From Armatimonadota bacterium (GTDB lineage: Bacteria; Armatimonadota; SYMT01): 64,000 nt of DNA. The stretch lies in contig JAWLHY010000011.1 of NCBI GenBank assembly GCA_041690135.1, positions 256,668 through 320,667 on the forward strand, written 5' to 3'. Each line of letters starts with the position of its first letter. The first letter of the stretch is position 1. Made by a program: the position numbers and the translations under genes. Positions 10,805-19,910 of the stretch are shown here, piece after piece. The notes below the pieces were generated by a model that was not told the origin of the DNA, searched no databases, and saw only the letters and a list, made by a program, of their open reading frames with translations.

Positions 10805-11029
10805 ATGTTTCCCAGACGGGAGTACGCCACCCTGCGGAGACTCGCCCGACTGGCGGTAGCAATGGCACGCAAGGGCCAACCGGCGGCGGGTTATGTTTCC
10901 CTCTGTTGCGGTCTCGGTCGCGCGATGGCACTCCGGGATGCGGGCGAACCCTGGGGCGAGACCCTGGTCGCCCAGTATCAGCGCACCCAGGATGAATACG
11001 CCCACCGTTACGAGGTAGCGCGGGAATGA
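10805..11029 (+). CDS. Small hypothetical protein, paralog of 7261..7575
   Basis: GGGAGG RBS upstream. Shares the G...AG[FY]..L..GL.RA.A.R.AG..WG..L...Y motif. Confidence 0.7.
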   Translation: MFPRREYATLRRLARLAVAMARKGQPAAGYVSLCCGLGRAMALRDAGEPWGETLVAQYQRTQDEYAHRYEVARE

Positions 11030-11127
11030 GGCGCACGCGCACGGCAGGCGGGAGGTAGGGAAAGCGGGGCCTTGGGGTAGCCCGAAACGCCGAGCGACGG
11101 GAAGTGTGAACGGAAGGAAAGAGCCTT

Positions 11128-11370
11128 ATGGACCGGATGGAGATGACGGGGACCTTGCATCGGCTGGTGGCGGAGTTGTACGACGGAGGACCGGTGCCCG
11201 CGGCGGAAGGCGGTCGCCTTTTTCACGAGATCTGTGAGGCGCGGCGGCGTGAGGACGACCTTTTCTGGACGGAGCGGCGCCTGGTAGACTTGGCCCGGGA
11301 ACTCGGATACTGGCCCTGGACCGTGGCGCAGATCGGCACGGCGGCGCACCCCGCGCTTCGCGATTTCTGA
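11128..11370 (+). CDS. Hypothetical protein (80 aa)
   Basis: AAGGA RBS and GC3-rich codons. Confidence 0.55.
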   Translation: MDRMEMTGTLHRLVAELYDGGPVPAAEGGRLFHEICEARRREDDLFWTERRLVDLARELGYWPWTVAQIGTAAHPALRDF

Positions 11371-11409
11371 CGACGACACGCGGCCGGCGCCATCCGATTC
11401 GCCGCGACA

Positions 11410-11438
11410 TTGCTATTACGGCGTCGATCTGTTATACT
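11410..11438 (+). promoter_or_regulatory. Sigma70-type promoter of the RRM gene
   Basis: TTGCTA-N17-TATACT with TG extended -10. Confidence 0.6.
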
Positions 11439-11664
11439 CCGTATGTCAAGTTCAGATCGAGTTCGTACAGCATTACCGTTCCGGAAGACGAGGCCCGTCT
11501 CGCTAGTGCTTTGCAAGCCTGGCGTACGGCCTTTTTTGTTTGCCTTCTGCAGCCAGTTCGCGGCGGACCCTCTCTGTTTGGACCCCATGTGGCTCGGGAT
11601 GAGCCGCCTTTTTCCCGTTGAGCCGTCACTTCTTGAAGGGGTCGAACAACGGAGAGGAAACAAA

Positions 11665-11973
11665 ATGAGCAAGCGACTTTTCGTCGGCAACCTGTCCTGG
11701 AACATGTCCGAAACGGATCTGCAGACCGCCTTCGCCCCTTATGGCGCGACGACCGCCACCATCCCGACCGATTACGATGGCCGGGGTAAGGGCTTTGGGT
11801 TCGTGGATGTGGGTGAGGACCAGATGAACGCCGCCATCTCCGCGATGAACGGCAAGGAGATCGACGGCCGCGCCATCAACGTTAACGAAGCCCGCCCGCG
11901 CCCCGAGCGCAGCGCCGGCGGCTCCGGTAGCTACGGTGGCGGCAACTCCGGCCGCGGCGGCCGGCGCTGGTAA
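11665..11973 (+). CDS. RRM-domain RNA-binding protein with Gly-rich tail
   Basis: RNP2 LFVGNL, RNP1 RGKGFGFV, 'INVNEARPR' and a Gly-rich C-terminus. GAGGA RBS. Confidence 0.95.
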   Translation: MSKRLFVGNLSWNMSETDLQTAFAPYGATTATIPTDYDGRGKGFGFVDVGEDQMNAAISAMNGKEIDGRAINVNEARPRPERSAGGSGSYGGGNSGRGGRRW

Positions 11974-11998
11974 GCCCTACCGTTTCCAACGGTTCAAA

Positions 11999-12033
11999 GG
12001 AAGACCCGTCTCCTATAAGGGGACGGGTCTTCC
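11999..12033 (+). terminator. Stem-loop after the RRM gene
   Basis: ggaagacccgtc...gacgggtcttcc inverted repeat. Confidence 0.65.
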
Positions 12034-12175
12034 TGGCTTTAGTCTCCGGCTCGCGCCGCAATCCTCTTACCGGAAAGCTCCGGGCATAGGGATTTCCTAT
12101 CGTTTTCTTTTCTTCCCCATCGCCTGTATGAACCGGCCTTAGCCGGAAGACGACCGGGTCGGGAGCACCCTACAG

Positions 12176-13039
12176 ATGACACAGAATAGTCCGTGCCTGG
12201 CCCGGGTCGAGGAGCACGTTTCCGCCTACCTCGCCGCCAACGACCACACCGGTTACAACCGGTTTGAGGACTTCCCTTGGGACACGCTGAAGGACAGCGT
12301 GCAGCAGTCGAACCTCACCGAACTCCACATCGGCGCGGTCGAAACCGCCATGCTGGTGGAAGACCATATACCCGGCTACGCGTCCGAATACGTCCGCCTC
12401 TTCATGACCCACGCGGACCGCGCGGATGACGAGGCGTGGACCTGTCGCCAGATGCTGCACTTCGTCTTTCGCTGGGTCGCGGAGGAGGACCGGCACGCGC
12501 ACTGCCTGGAGTTGTGGCTGCGCCATTCGGGACGACGCGACGCGCAGGCCCTCACCCAACTGATGGTGACCGAGGGCAAGAAGCCGTACACCGTTCCCCA
12601 CGATGACCCCACCCAGTTGTTCACGTATACGGCCATCCAGGAAAAGGCCACGCAGCTCTATTACTCGTGCCTGCGCGGAGCCACGGACGAACCCGTGCTG
12701 CGGGCCGTACTGGCCCGGCTGGCACAAGACGAGGCGCGGCACTGTCATTTCTTCAGCCAGTTCGTGCTGGACGCCCTGGGAAGTGCGACCTCCACGCAGG
12801 TCGCCCAGATGAAGGAAGTGCTGGAAGGCTTCAGCATGCCCCTGGCGATGATGCTGGAGAACTACAAGCGCAAGGCGATCCAGATGCGCCGCGCGGCCGG
12901 TGGTTACGACTACCGCGACGCGCTCGAGCACTTCAGCCGGCTGGTGAAACGTTCTCTGGAAGTGCGGACGAGCGAGGGCGGAGCAGCCCTCGAGGAACTG
13001 TTGCTGTTCACCCGGTCCATGCAGCCCCAGAAGCGTTGA
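12176..13039 (+). CDS. Acyl-ACP desaturase-like diiron (ferritin-like) protein
   Basis: Two ExxH motifs (WVAEEDRH, AQDEARH) plus QEKAT and FSMP, typical of the soluble DesA-type family. Confidence 0.85.
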   Translation: MTQNSPCLARVEEHVSAYLAANDHTGYNRFEDFPWDTLKDSVQQSNLTELHIGAVETAMLVEDHIPGYASEYVRLFMTHADRADDEAWTCRQMLHFVFRWVAEEDRHAHCLELWLRHSGRRDAQALTQLMVTEGKKPYTVPHDDPTQLFTYTAIQEKATQLYYSCLRGATDEPVLRAVLARLAQDEARHCHFFSQFVLDALGSATSTQVAQMKEVLEGFSMPLAMMLENYKRKAIQMRRAAGGYDYRDALEHFSRLVKRSLEVRTSEGGAALEELLLFTRSMQPQKR

Positions 13040-13290
13040 TTTCCGACGCCCAGGACGGGTGTGGTGCCGTATGCTTGCCGGTGGTGAGCGACCGGGGGCG
13101 CGATTTCCGCGAGCATTACGGGCGCGGTCCATGACCAATGACGTGGACCGATAGCCCCTCATGCGCGTACCGGGACCCACGGGGACAAGCCCCTCTGCTA
13201 CCTTCCGTGATCAGATGGGTAGTCGAGAAGACTCCAACGAATTGCCGGCGCAGGTCGGGGCGGGGGGCCTGCCCACAACTCCCCAACCCG

Positions 13291-13480
13291 CCCCAGACCT
13301 CACGTTTCACGTTTCACGCACTGGTCCGAAGTTGCCCCCCTGCCACCGGCGCTATCCCGCACGTGGCACTCACGCAATACGCAATACGCATCACGTCCTC
13401 GCCCGAGGCTACAGCCCTAGGCCACGCACGCACCCCGGCACGCACGCACCCCGGCACGTACCCCTACGCATCACGCATTA
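13291..13480. repeat. Heptamer-repeat element (CCCAGACYTY followed by ACGCATC/ACGTTTC/ACGCAAT units), copy 1
   Basis: cacgtttcacgtttcacgca; cacgcaatacgcaatacgcatcacg; similar tracts at 53657 and 57343. Confidence 0.65.
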
Positions 13481-13543
13481 TGCCAGCCCATGCCCGAGGC
13501 CGCCGTGCTGTAACCGACTGGTTCACTGCACGAACACTGCGCT

Positions 13544-15361
13544 CTAAGGTGCGTAGTAATGCCACTTGTAGCCCAATTCCTGGCTCTTGCCGGGGTCCAG
13601 CTTCACGTCCCAGGTGATCCGGGCCACGCCGTTGCGGGCGTGCCACCAGTAAGGCCAGTTGTACCAGGACCACCAGTACGGGCGGTGCTCGCCGGGCGCG
13701 TAAGAGTCGTCCTCGAACACGTTGACCTTCTCCACCTTGCCGTCGTGGCTCGCGCTGTCCACGTTCCCCAGCACGTGGCGGGTCACTTCGACTTCTACCG
13801 GCTGTCCCCGGCGGTTCGTGAGCGTGATGGATCCCTCCAGTTCCACCTTCGTCAGATGCGTGCCGTTGTGGTTGACGGCGTTCGGAGTGCGCGCGGTCTC
13901 GCGGTCGCGTTTCCGGACGGAAATATCCAGCGCCGGGTTCACGGTCACGTCCACGTCGCCGCCTGGGGAGGTATAGGTCATCGTGCCCTGCGCGAGCACC
14001 TGATCTCCCTTGAGGATCAGCGCGGGCGCCGTGGTGAACGGCTGCTGAGTGCTGTTGGAGAGGCGGATCTTGTGCATCACCTTCGGAGCACTCAGCATGC
14101 GGGCCAGCTCGTTCTGCTGCTCGCTGTTGAGACTGCCGCGGACTTCCGGCGGGGGCGCAAACGGCAGGTCCAGGGTGAACACGTCGCGGTACTTCACCCG
14201 GTATTCGTTCACCGGCAGCACCATCCGCTGGCCCTTTTTGAGGGTAATGTTCCGGACGGTGAACACGAAGAGGTTCTCCGCTTTGCTTGAGCCGGCAACT
14301 TCCGGGCCCAGGTCTCCCGGCGGCTGGTCGGACGGAAGCGTACCGCGGTCTTCGCCAAAACGGCCGGCACCCATACCACCGGCCACCTGCGACATCATGG
14401 CGTTCGAGAGAGCGAATTGGGTCCGCACGCCCTGCTGGAAGTGCTGGCCGAGCTGCGCCACGGACTGCTGCAGGCCGATCGGGTCCGGCATGTCCTGGAA
14501 AGCGAAGGAGGGCACGCCCACTACCAGGTTGGCGGTGGCGTCGCGGAGGTCGGTCAACTCGTTGATCAGGGTCGCCTGGAGTTGCACCACGGCATTCCCG
14601 GCGCCGTCGATCGTTACCTTGTAGTGCGGAATCCAGCGGAGACCCTTCTGGAGGTAGAGCATCCCCACGGAAGCCTGGGGCTGCCGCGCCTTCCCCTGCC
14701 AATCGAGCCGCAGCGTGAGCAGGTGGCGGAACTCCTCGTTCGTCACCTTCAGGCCGTGTTCGTTCTTGAAGGTCACGTCCTGGATGCGCTCCACGGGTAC
14801 CGCCTTGACGCCGCGACTGGTCCGCAGCAGCAGGAGGTTACCCTTCACCGGGAGCGCCTCGCCCATGTTCGGCGGGTTCGTCGCTTCCAGCTCTGCGGAG
14901 GTCCGCTCCGTGAAGCCGAGGATCACCGCGTCGTACTTCTCCCCGCCCAGTTCCGTTACCGAGACGGAGGCGCCCTCGTTCGCCTCGATTAACTCCCGGA
15001 GATTGAGGGCCGTCCGCTCCACCGCCAGCCGGCGGGGACTGGCCACCACTGCGGAGAGCTTCACCCCCGGCTCGCTCGCGTACGGCCAGAAGGTCCCCAG
15101 GACGGGCGCGGGGAGGTAGTCCATCACCACGTTTCCGGCATCGTCCACCGGCATGCGTCCCTCGTGGAGCACGAAGGCGTGGCCATCCTTGAAGACCGTC
15201 ACTTCCTTCACCGGCAGCTTCGCGAGAGCGCTGGCTTTCGGCACGGCCTCCGCCGGGGCCGCGACTGCCGGGCGAGGCATGGGGCGCGCACCCTGGGCGT
15301 GCACGGCGCCGGCGGCCAGGACCAGGACCAAGCCGAGCGAAAGATAGCGGGGCGAATGCAT
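13544..15361 (-). CDS. Secreted DUF4139/DUF4140-like protein
   Basis: Signal peptide MHSPRYLSLGLVLVLAAGAVHA, 'VKEVTVFKDGHAFV', 'YLQKGLRWIPHY' and C-terminal 'WDVKLDPGKSQELGY'. AAGGAG RBS. Confidence 0.75.
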   Translation of the reverse strand: MHSPRYLSLGLVLVLAAGAVHAQGARPMPRPAVAAPAEAVPKASALAKLPVKEVTVFKDGHAFVLHEGRMPVDDAGNVVMDYLPAPVLGTFWPYASEPGVKLSAVVASPRRLAVERTALNLRELIEANEGASVSVTELGGEKYDAVILGFTERTSAELEATNPPNMGEALPVKGNLLLLRTSRGVKAVPVERIQDVTFKNEHGLKVTNEEFRHLLTLRLDWQGKARQPQASVGMLYLQKGLRWIPHYKVTIDGAGNAVVQLQATLINELTDLRDATANLVVGVPSFAFQDMPDPIGLQQSVAQLGQHFQQGVRTQFALSNAMMSQVAGGMGAGRFGEDRGTLPSDQPPGDLGPEVAGSSKAENLFVFTVRNITLKKGQRMVLPVNEYRVKYRDVFTLDLPFAPPPEVRGSLNSEQQNELARMLSAPKVMHKIRLSNSTQQPFTTAPALILKGDQVLAQGTMTYTSPGGDVDVTVNPALDISVRKRDRETARTPNAVNHNGTHLTKVELEGSITLTNRRGQPVEVEVTRHVLGNVDSASHDGKVEKVNVFEDDSYAPGEHRPYWWSWYNWPYWWHARNGVARITWDVKLDPGKSQELGYKWHYYAP

Positions 15362-15398
15362 GGCGGGGCTCCTTCCAACTCCAGCGGTGACACCGGTT

Positions 15399-15427
15399 GG
15401 ACGCTGGAGGGTGGGGGTGGGGTTACA
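15399..15427 (-). promoter_or_regulatory. ECF-sigma-type promoter upstream of the DUF4139 gene
   Basis: TGTAACC-N16-GCGTCC on the minus strand about 40 bp before the ATG, matching the common ECF AAC/CGT consensus. Confidence 0.55.
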
Positions 15428-15449
15428 CCCGGAAAGGGGTGTTTGTGGG

Positions 15450-15590
15450 CATTCGGCGTTCAGGCGTTGGGCGTTCAGGCATTGGGCGTTGGGCGTGGTG
15501 CAGGAGCGCGGACGTCCCGTCCGCCCGTGTTCGGGTGTTCGGGCACCCCTGTGGGGCGTAAATGTTCGGGTGTTCGGGTGTTCAGGCGGT
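15450..15590. repeat. Short tandem repeats (TTCAGGCG/TTGGGCG and GTTCGGGT)
   Basis: Visible 7-8 bp iterations in the intergenic region. Confidence 0.6.
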
Positions 15591-15913
15591 GAAGTCAGGG
15601 CCTGTTCCAGGCTCACCGATCTTGTGGGGGGCGCAGACCCACCAGCCTGAACTTCCGTCGTCCTATGGGCACAAGTTCCAGGTCCGGCTGGGCCTCCTCA
15701 GCCGCTGACGCGAGGAGTTGCCGGACCCACCGGTCGATCTCGGGGCCAAGCAAGAAGGGGCTGGTCTTCCAGAAGTCCCTTGAGAGCTCACATCGATAGG
15801 CAACGCCGCCGCCCGCCTATGCGGGGTGGAGCCGATAGCCACATTTCAACTACCACCCCCCGCCGCGAGCAGACTTACTCACTCAGGTTCCGTCCAGCCC
15901 GCGTTACTCCACC

Positions 15914-16414
15914 TCAATCATTGCCAGCGACCGCATGGTATTGCCCTAGCTGTGGCAGGTACTCGACTGTCCGCAAGCCACTGCGGACGGAACTCTGTTT
16001 CGAGTTGCCTGACGGAAGCGAGCCCGATGGCAGGGTGGAGTCGTGGCTCGCACGGTACCGGAAGGCGCCGTCATTGGCTCCGGGTGCGGAACCATTTTCC
16101 TTCCAGATTTGTTTCACCCAGGTCGAGGGCGGCGTTGTATCCGGAAGCGTGAACCGGATCGTGTATAAGGATGAACCATACATATCCTTCTCCTCACTCA
16201 CATAGATCAGGCGGCTCTCCGGAGGAAGCCAGGCGTAGTGACGGACCTCCTTCTGATAGAAGGCCTGGGCATCTCTCTTGTGATACCGGGGCATCCCTTG
16301 GAACGAGAGGTAAACTGCTGCTACAACAAAGGGCATCAAGAGGAAGGTGGCGGCGATAGACAGGATGGCGCCCCCTACAAGAGCCATGTCGCGCCTGGCG
16401 TGTTCGCTTATCAT
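15914..16414 (-). CDS. Hypothetical membrane-anchored protein
   Basis: 166 aa ORF with an N-terminal TM segment and atypical, lower-GC codons. Confidence 0.55.
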   Translation of the reverse strand: MISEHARRDMALVGGAILSIAATFLLMPFVVAAVYLSFQGMPRYHKRDAQAFYQKEVRHYAWLPPESRLIYVSEEKDMYGSSLYTIRFTLPDTTPPSTWVKQIWKENGSAPGANDGAFRYRASHDSTLPSGSLPSGNSKQSSVRSGLRTVEYLPQLGQYHAVAGND

Positions 16415-16577
16415 TGGAGAGTTGCGCCTTTCCCGTGGAAGCCTCTTTCGGAGTCAGAGTCGCTTCTCGTTCCCCTCTGCGCTTAACCCCGGAGAGTGGT
16501 GCGGTTTCGGGGCCCCTCTGTGTCGAAGCCGAACCCCTCCTGCACCAACGGGGATCAGGCTTCTACCTTACGTCTCT

Positions 16578-16680
16578 CTGTAGCCCTCCGGAGCTGTTTT
16601 TTTACAGGCACCAGTTCCGGGCGCTCGCCCCCCCGGCTCACGAGCGGACTGCTGTTTTCTCCCTCCCCTCCGGGGCTACG
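16578..16680 (-). repeat. Palindromic dispersed element (AGCCCCGGAGGGG family), copy 1
   Basis: Minus strand gtagccccggagggg...ccgggggg.gagcgcccgg...agctccggagggctacag matches the copies at 51575 and 53763. Confidence 0.65.
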
Positions 16681-16803
16681 AATCGCCTCGTACCACCAGG
16701 TGGGCCGCACTGTGCAGTCTCCCGTGCAGAGCCATCGGTTTTGCTCCTATGTAAAACACAAGAGTCGTTCGATTCAGGTACTGGCGATTCACAGGAAAGC
16801 AGT

Positions 16804-17382
16804 TCAGTTGCGCATGACGGCGACTTGCACTCTGGACCCACTGGTGGAGGGGATCGCAACTCCCGATGCGGAGGCGTTGGGCTCAATTTCCAAGAGGAAG
16901 TCACGGCGATGGGTATGTTCCTCATAGGGACACTTGTATGAGAAGGTCAACACCGCCGTCCGCCAGCGCTGCGATCTCCTGTGCGGGCGATAGAAGAACT
17001 TCGGGACCTGCCCGGCGTGATGTACGAAACGAACAGCACCCTTTGCGGAAGCGCTGCGGGGCACCGTCCATACACGAATGCGTATTCGGCTGGATTCATG
17101 CATGAGGCTCTGGCTTTGCCCGTTGGAATCAATCTCATAAACGTGAAAGTCGGCTGATGGACTCGTGCTGTGGAGCGTGCCAGATCGTGTGTCTGTGGCG
17201 TCGGCATTATCATTCAGATAATCGACACCAATCCGATCAATCTGGCTGCAGGTAAATGGCACGCCGTGGGGACCGGTGGTCTTCCCACGCGCCTGTCCGG
17301 GTCGTTGATCGAACGACAAGGAAAGTGCTCCCAGCAGGCAAGATCCTACCCATAGCGCGGGCGTTGAGCGTGGCCTGAACAC
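16804..17382 (-). CDS. Putative exported hypothetical protein (about 192 aa, GTG start)
   Basis: GGAGG RBS 5 nt before GTG and a signal-like 'ALWVGSCLLGALSLSF'. It is the 3' part of the 16804..18153 ORF. Confidence 0.4.
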   Translation of the reverse strand: MFRPRSTPALWVGSCLLGALSLSFDQRPGQARGKTTGPHGVPFTCSQIDRIGVDYLNDNADATDTRSGTLHSTSPSADFHVYEIDSNGQSQSLMHESSRIRIRVWTVPRSASAKGAVRFVHHAGQVPKFFYRPHRRSQRWRTAVLTFSYKCPYEEHTHRRDFLLEIEPNASASGVAIPSTSGSRVQVAVMRN

Positions 17383-17648
17383 TTGGACCTCCGCATCCCT
17401 TTCAAGAGATTTCCTTCGTCTCAACCCGGAGTTGAACGAGAACGGCTGTGCGTCTCCCATCGGCGGGACGGTCGGGGGACGCATGCCTCCCGACCGTGTC
17501 CCCGGAACAGTCCCCGTCGAAAGAGCAAGCCGGTTCGTGAAGGGCTGTTCCGTCCAGTCGGTATCGAAACCTTCGTCTGTGTCGCTTTCCGTTCCCCTCT
17601 GCGTCCCTCTGTGTCGAAGCTTGAACCCCACTCTGGCCATTCCGGAGG

Positions 17649-18278
17649 CTACCTTCTCACCAGAAACCGCAGCACCCACAACACCCCCAGCGAACCCGCT
17701 AACAGCAGATTCACCCGCATAAGGGGATCGTGAAGCTGGAGCGCCACCCCCGTCAGGGAAGCGTGGAGGGAAGGCGCAACCCCTGCAGCAAGGGCAAGAC
17801 CAGTCATGAGGACCAGAAGGCCCGGTAGGCCGGCGCGGAGGTCGGACCAGCTGGGCACCAGGGCGGCGCCGATGCTGGCCATAAGCCAGGCCGCGGCCAC
17901 CATTGGGAGCGGAGTTTCGGGACGGACGAACGGGGCCAGGGCGAGCAGTGCCGCACAGCCGGCCAGGAGCGGCATGAACGAGATGAGCGGCTGGGTTACC
18001 AGTCGCCAGCGGGGCGGGTCGTGCGCCACCCAGCCCTGCCCCGCGCGCCAGAGGACCACTTCCCGCACGCGCGCCCCCACGAGCAGGCAGCCGAACACGT
18101 GCGCCAGCTCGTGAAGCGCCACACCGGGGGCGAAGAAGAGCGCGTACAGCCAACGTTGCCGCCCGGCCAGGTGCGCGGCCGCCTGTCCCAGGAGACGGGC
18201 GAGCAGCAGGACGAGGAGGGTGGCCACAACCACGGTTGTCAGCGGCGCGCGTGCGGGATCAACAGGTAACTCGGGCAC
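17649..18278 (-). CDS. M50-like membrane metallopeptidase
   Basis: 'FFAPGVALHELAH' HExxH within a TM segment, multiple TM helices and a PSWSD motif. Confidence 0.7.
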   Translation of the reverse strand: MPELPVDPARAPLTTVVVATLLVLLLARLLGQAAAHLAGRQRWLYALFFAPGVALHELAHVFGCLLVGARVREVVLWRAGQGWVAHDPPRWRLVTQPLISFMPLLAGCAALLALAPFVRPETPLPMVAAAWLMASIGAALVPSWSDLRAGLPGLLVLMTGLALAAGVAPSLHASLTGVALQLHDPLMRVNLLLAGSLGVLWVLRFLVRR

Positions 18279-18342
18279 GAGAATGCCCTTGGCCGCTCAC
18301 GCCGGCTCTCCCTCCTGTCCCATTCGTTCACTTACCTGTTGC

Positions 18343-18987
18343 TTAACGCGTTCCTCGACTACGACGGTTCCGGAACGCCGCCAGCCCCATCAGGGCCGGC
18401 AGAAAGAGAAGGACCGACGAAGGCTCCGGCACGGCCGATCCTTCCGTTTGGGTGAAGTTGTAGGCCTCTCGCACCGTGTCGTCGGGCATCTGCATCGACA
18501 GGACGCGGTTATCCGAGAACCGGACGAAGATCGTGCTGTTGGGAGCCGCGCCGTTGTTGAAGAAGATGGTACGGAAGTCTACCTGCGCATCCACGGAATC
18601 GGGGTCCATGTCGGTGCGGAAGGCGAACTCCTTTCCCGCCCCCAACCCGGTGAACGTGTAGCGGAACTCATCGCTCCGCACGGTGGCGCCGTCTCCGGAA
18701 CTGTCCGGCGCATGGAGCACGAACCCGACACCGGGGCTGTGTGTCTCGTTCTGTCCCGAGTCGAAGTTGAAGGCGGGATTGCCGATGCCTACCTTGAGCT
18801 CCACGATCTCGAAGCCGGGAGAGGAGATGTTGGTGAGCTTCCAGGCGGGCGCGTCGGCCGCGGACACCGTATCGATCCCGGGCGGCAGGAACAGGTCAAG
18901 GGAGTAGCCGATGGTCTGCGCCTGGGCCGGAGCGGAGGAGAGCGCCAGAGCCAGGAAGGCAAGACAGATTACTGGACTTCGTTTCAT
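18343..18987 (-). CDS. PEP-CTERM sorting domain protein
   Basis: Signal peptide. C-terminal VPEPSSVLLFLPALMGLAAF followed by RNRRSR. Confidence 0.9.
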   Translation of the reverse strand: MKRSPVICLAFLALALSSAPAQAQTIGYSLDLFLPPGIDTVSAADAPAWKLTNISSPGFEIVELKVGIGNPAFNFDSGQNETHSPGVGFVLHAPDSSGDGATVRSDEFRYTFTGLGAGKEFAFRTDMDPDSVDAQVDFRTIFFNNGAAPNSTIFVRFSDNRVLSMQMPDDTVREAYNFTQTEGSAVPEPSSVLLFLPALMGLAAFRNRRSRGTR

Positions 18988-19012
18988 GAACGGTCTTCCT
19001 ATTCCTTGGAAA

Positions 19013-19795
19013 TTAGCGGGGACGCCGATGGAGGTACCGGGACCCTACCAATCCCACGAGAACCGGTAGGAAGAGAAGGACGGCCGAAGGCTCCGGCACG
19101 GCCGGGGTTTCGGAGCCGGCGCCCTGAATGGAAAAGGACGCGGTCATGGTTCCCAGGTTGTCATCGTAGTAACCGGGCGGACCGTTGAAGGCAAAACCAT
19201 CGGCAAACCCCAGGAAGAGACGGGTGGCGCCGTCGGGTACGTGGAAGGCCTGGATAGCTCCCGCGCCGGTGCCGCTACGGCCGTCACCGATGAAGAACGT
19301 CTGGCCGATTACCGGCGCCAGTTGGGTGAACCCGCTATTTCCGGTGAAGTCCAGGCGGGCGGGAGCCGGAGCAACGGGAGCATCATCCGTCAGAAAGACG
19401 CCGGTCAGAAAGCCGACTCGGTCCAGGGCGGTGATGCCGGAAATGCCACCCACCGAATCGAGGTCGGTGAACTCGCGACTTGCGGTCCCGGGGCGCCCAT
19501 CCGGACCGTTTGCGGGCGTCAGTGGATCATCTTTACAGCAGTCGAAAGTGCCGCTGACGCTGGTGAATTGGAGAATCCGCCCCGTTCCCGGGTTGAGGGA
19601 ATAGGAGGGTGGTAGGGTCCCTCCTCCGCCGCCGGCGGGAGCCGGGGGAAGCGTGAGACCGGCGCCAAAAATGTTGGAGGTGGCCTGAATGGCCTGACCC
19701 GAATAGGTCTGCGCCGCAGCGGGGCTCGCCGCCATCAACGCGCAGCAGGCCAGTGAGAAGAAGGTCCGGACCAGAGAGCCGTGAGGATGTGTCAT
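19013..19795 (-). CDS. PEP-CTERM sorting domain protein
   Basis: Signal peptide ending SPAAA|Q. C-terminal VPEPSAVLLFLPVLVGLVG followed by RYLHRRPR. AAGGA RBS. Confidence 0.9.
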   Translation of the reverse strand: MTHPHGSLVRTFFSLACCALMAASPAAAQTYSGQAIQATSNIFGAGLTLPPAPAGGGGGTLPPSYSLNPGTGRILQFTSVSGTFDCCKDDPLTPANGPDGRPGTASREFTDLDSVGGISGITALDRVGFLTGVFLTDDAPVAPAPARLDFTGNSGFTQLAPVIGQTFFIGDGRSGTGAGAIQAFHVPDGATRLFLGFADGFAFNGPPGYYDDNLGTMTASFSIQGAGSETPAVPEPSAVLLFLPVLVGLVGSRYLHRRPR

Positions 19796-19910
19796 TCGGA
19801 AGAGTTCCTTTCGCAGCCGACACCAACAGAGGATGCGAAAGGTTGCCGAATGTAGCCACGTCCAGGAACTGCTTTTTTTGCCCTGTCTCCACAGAAGAAG
19901 GGAAGGTCTG

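Noticed and set aside
16804-18153. 449 aa ORF as a single gene
   Set aside because: The 5' part overlaps the M50-like gene in another frame and crosses repeats; only the 3' part was kept, at low confidence.
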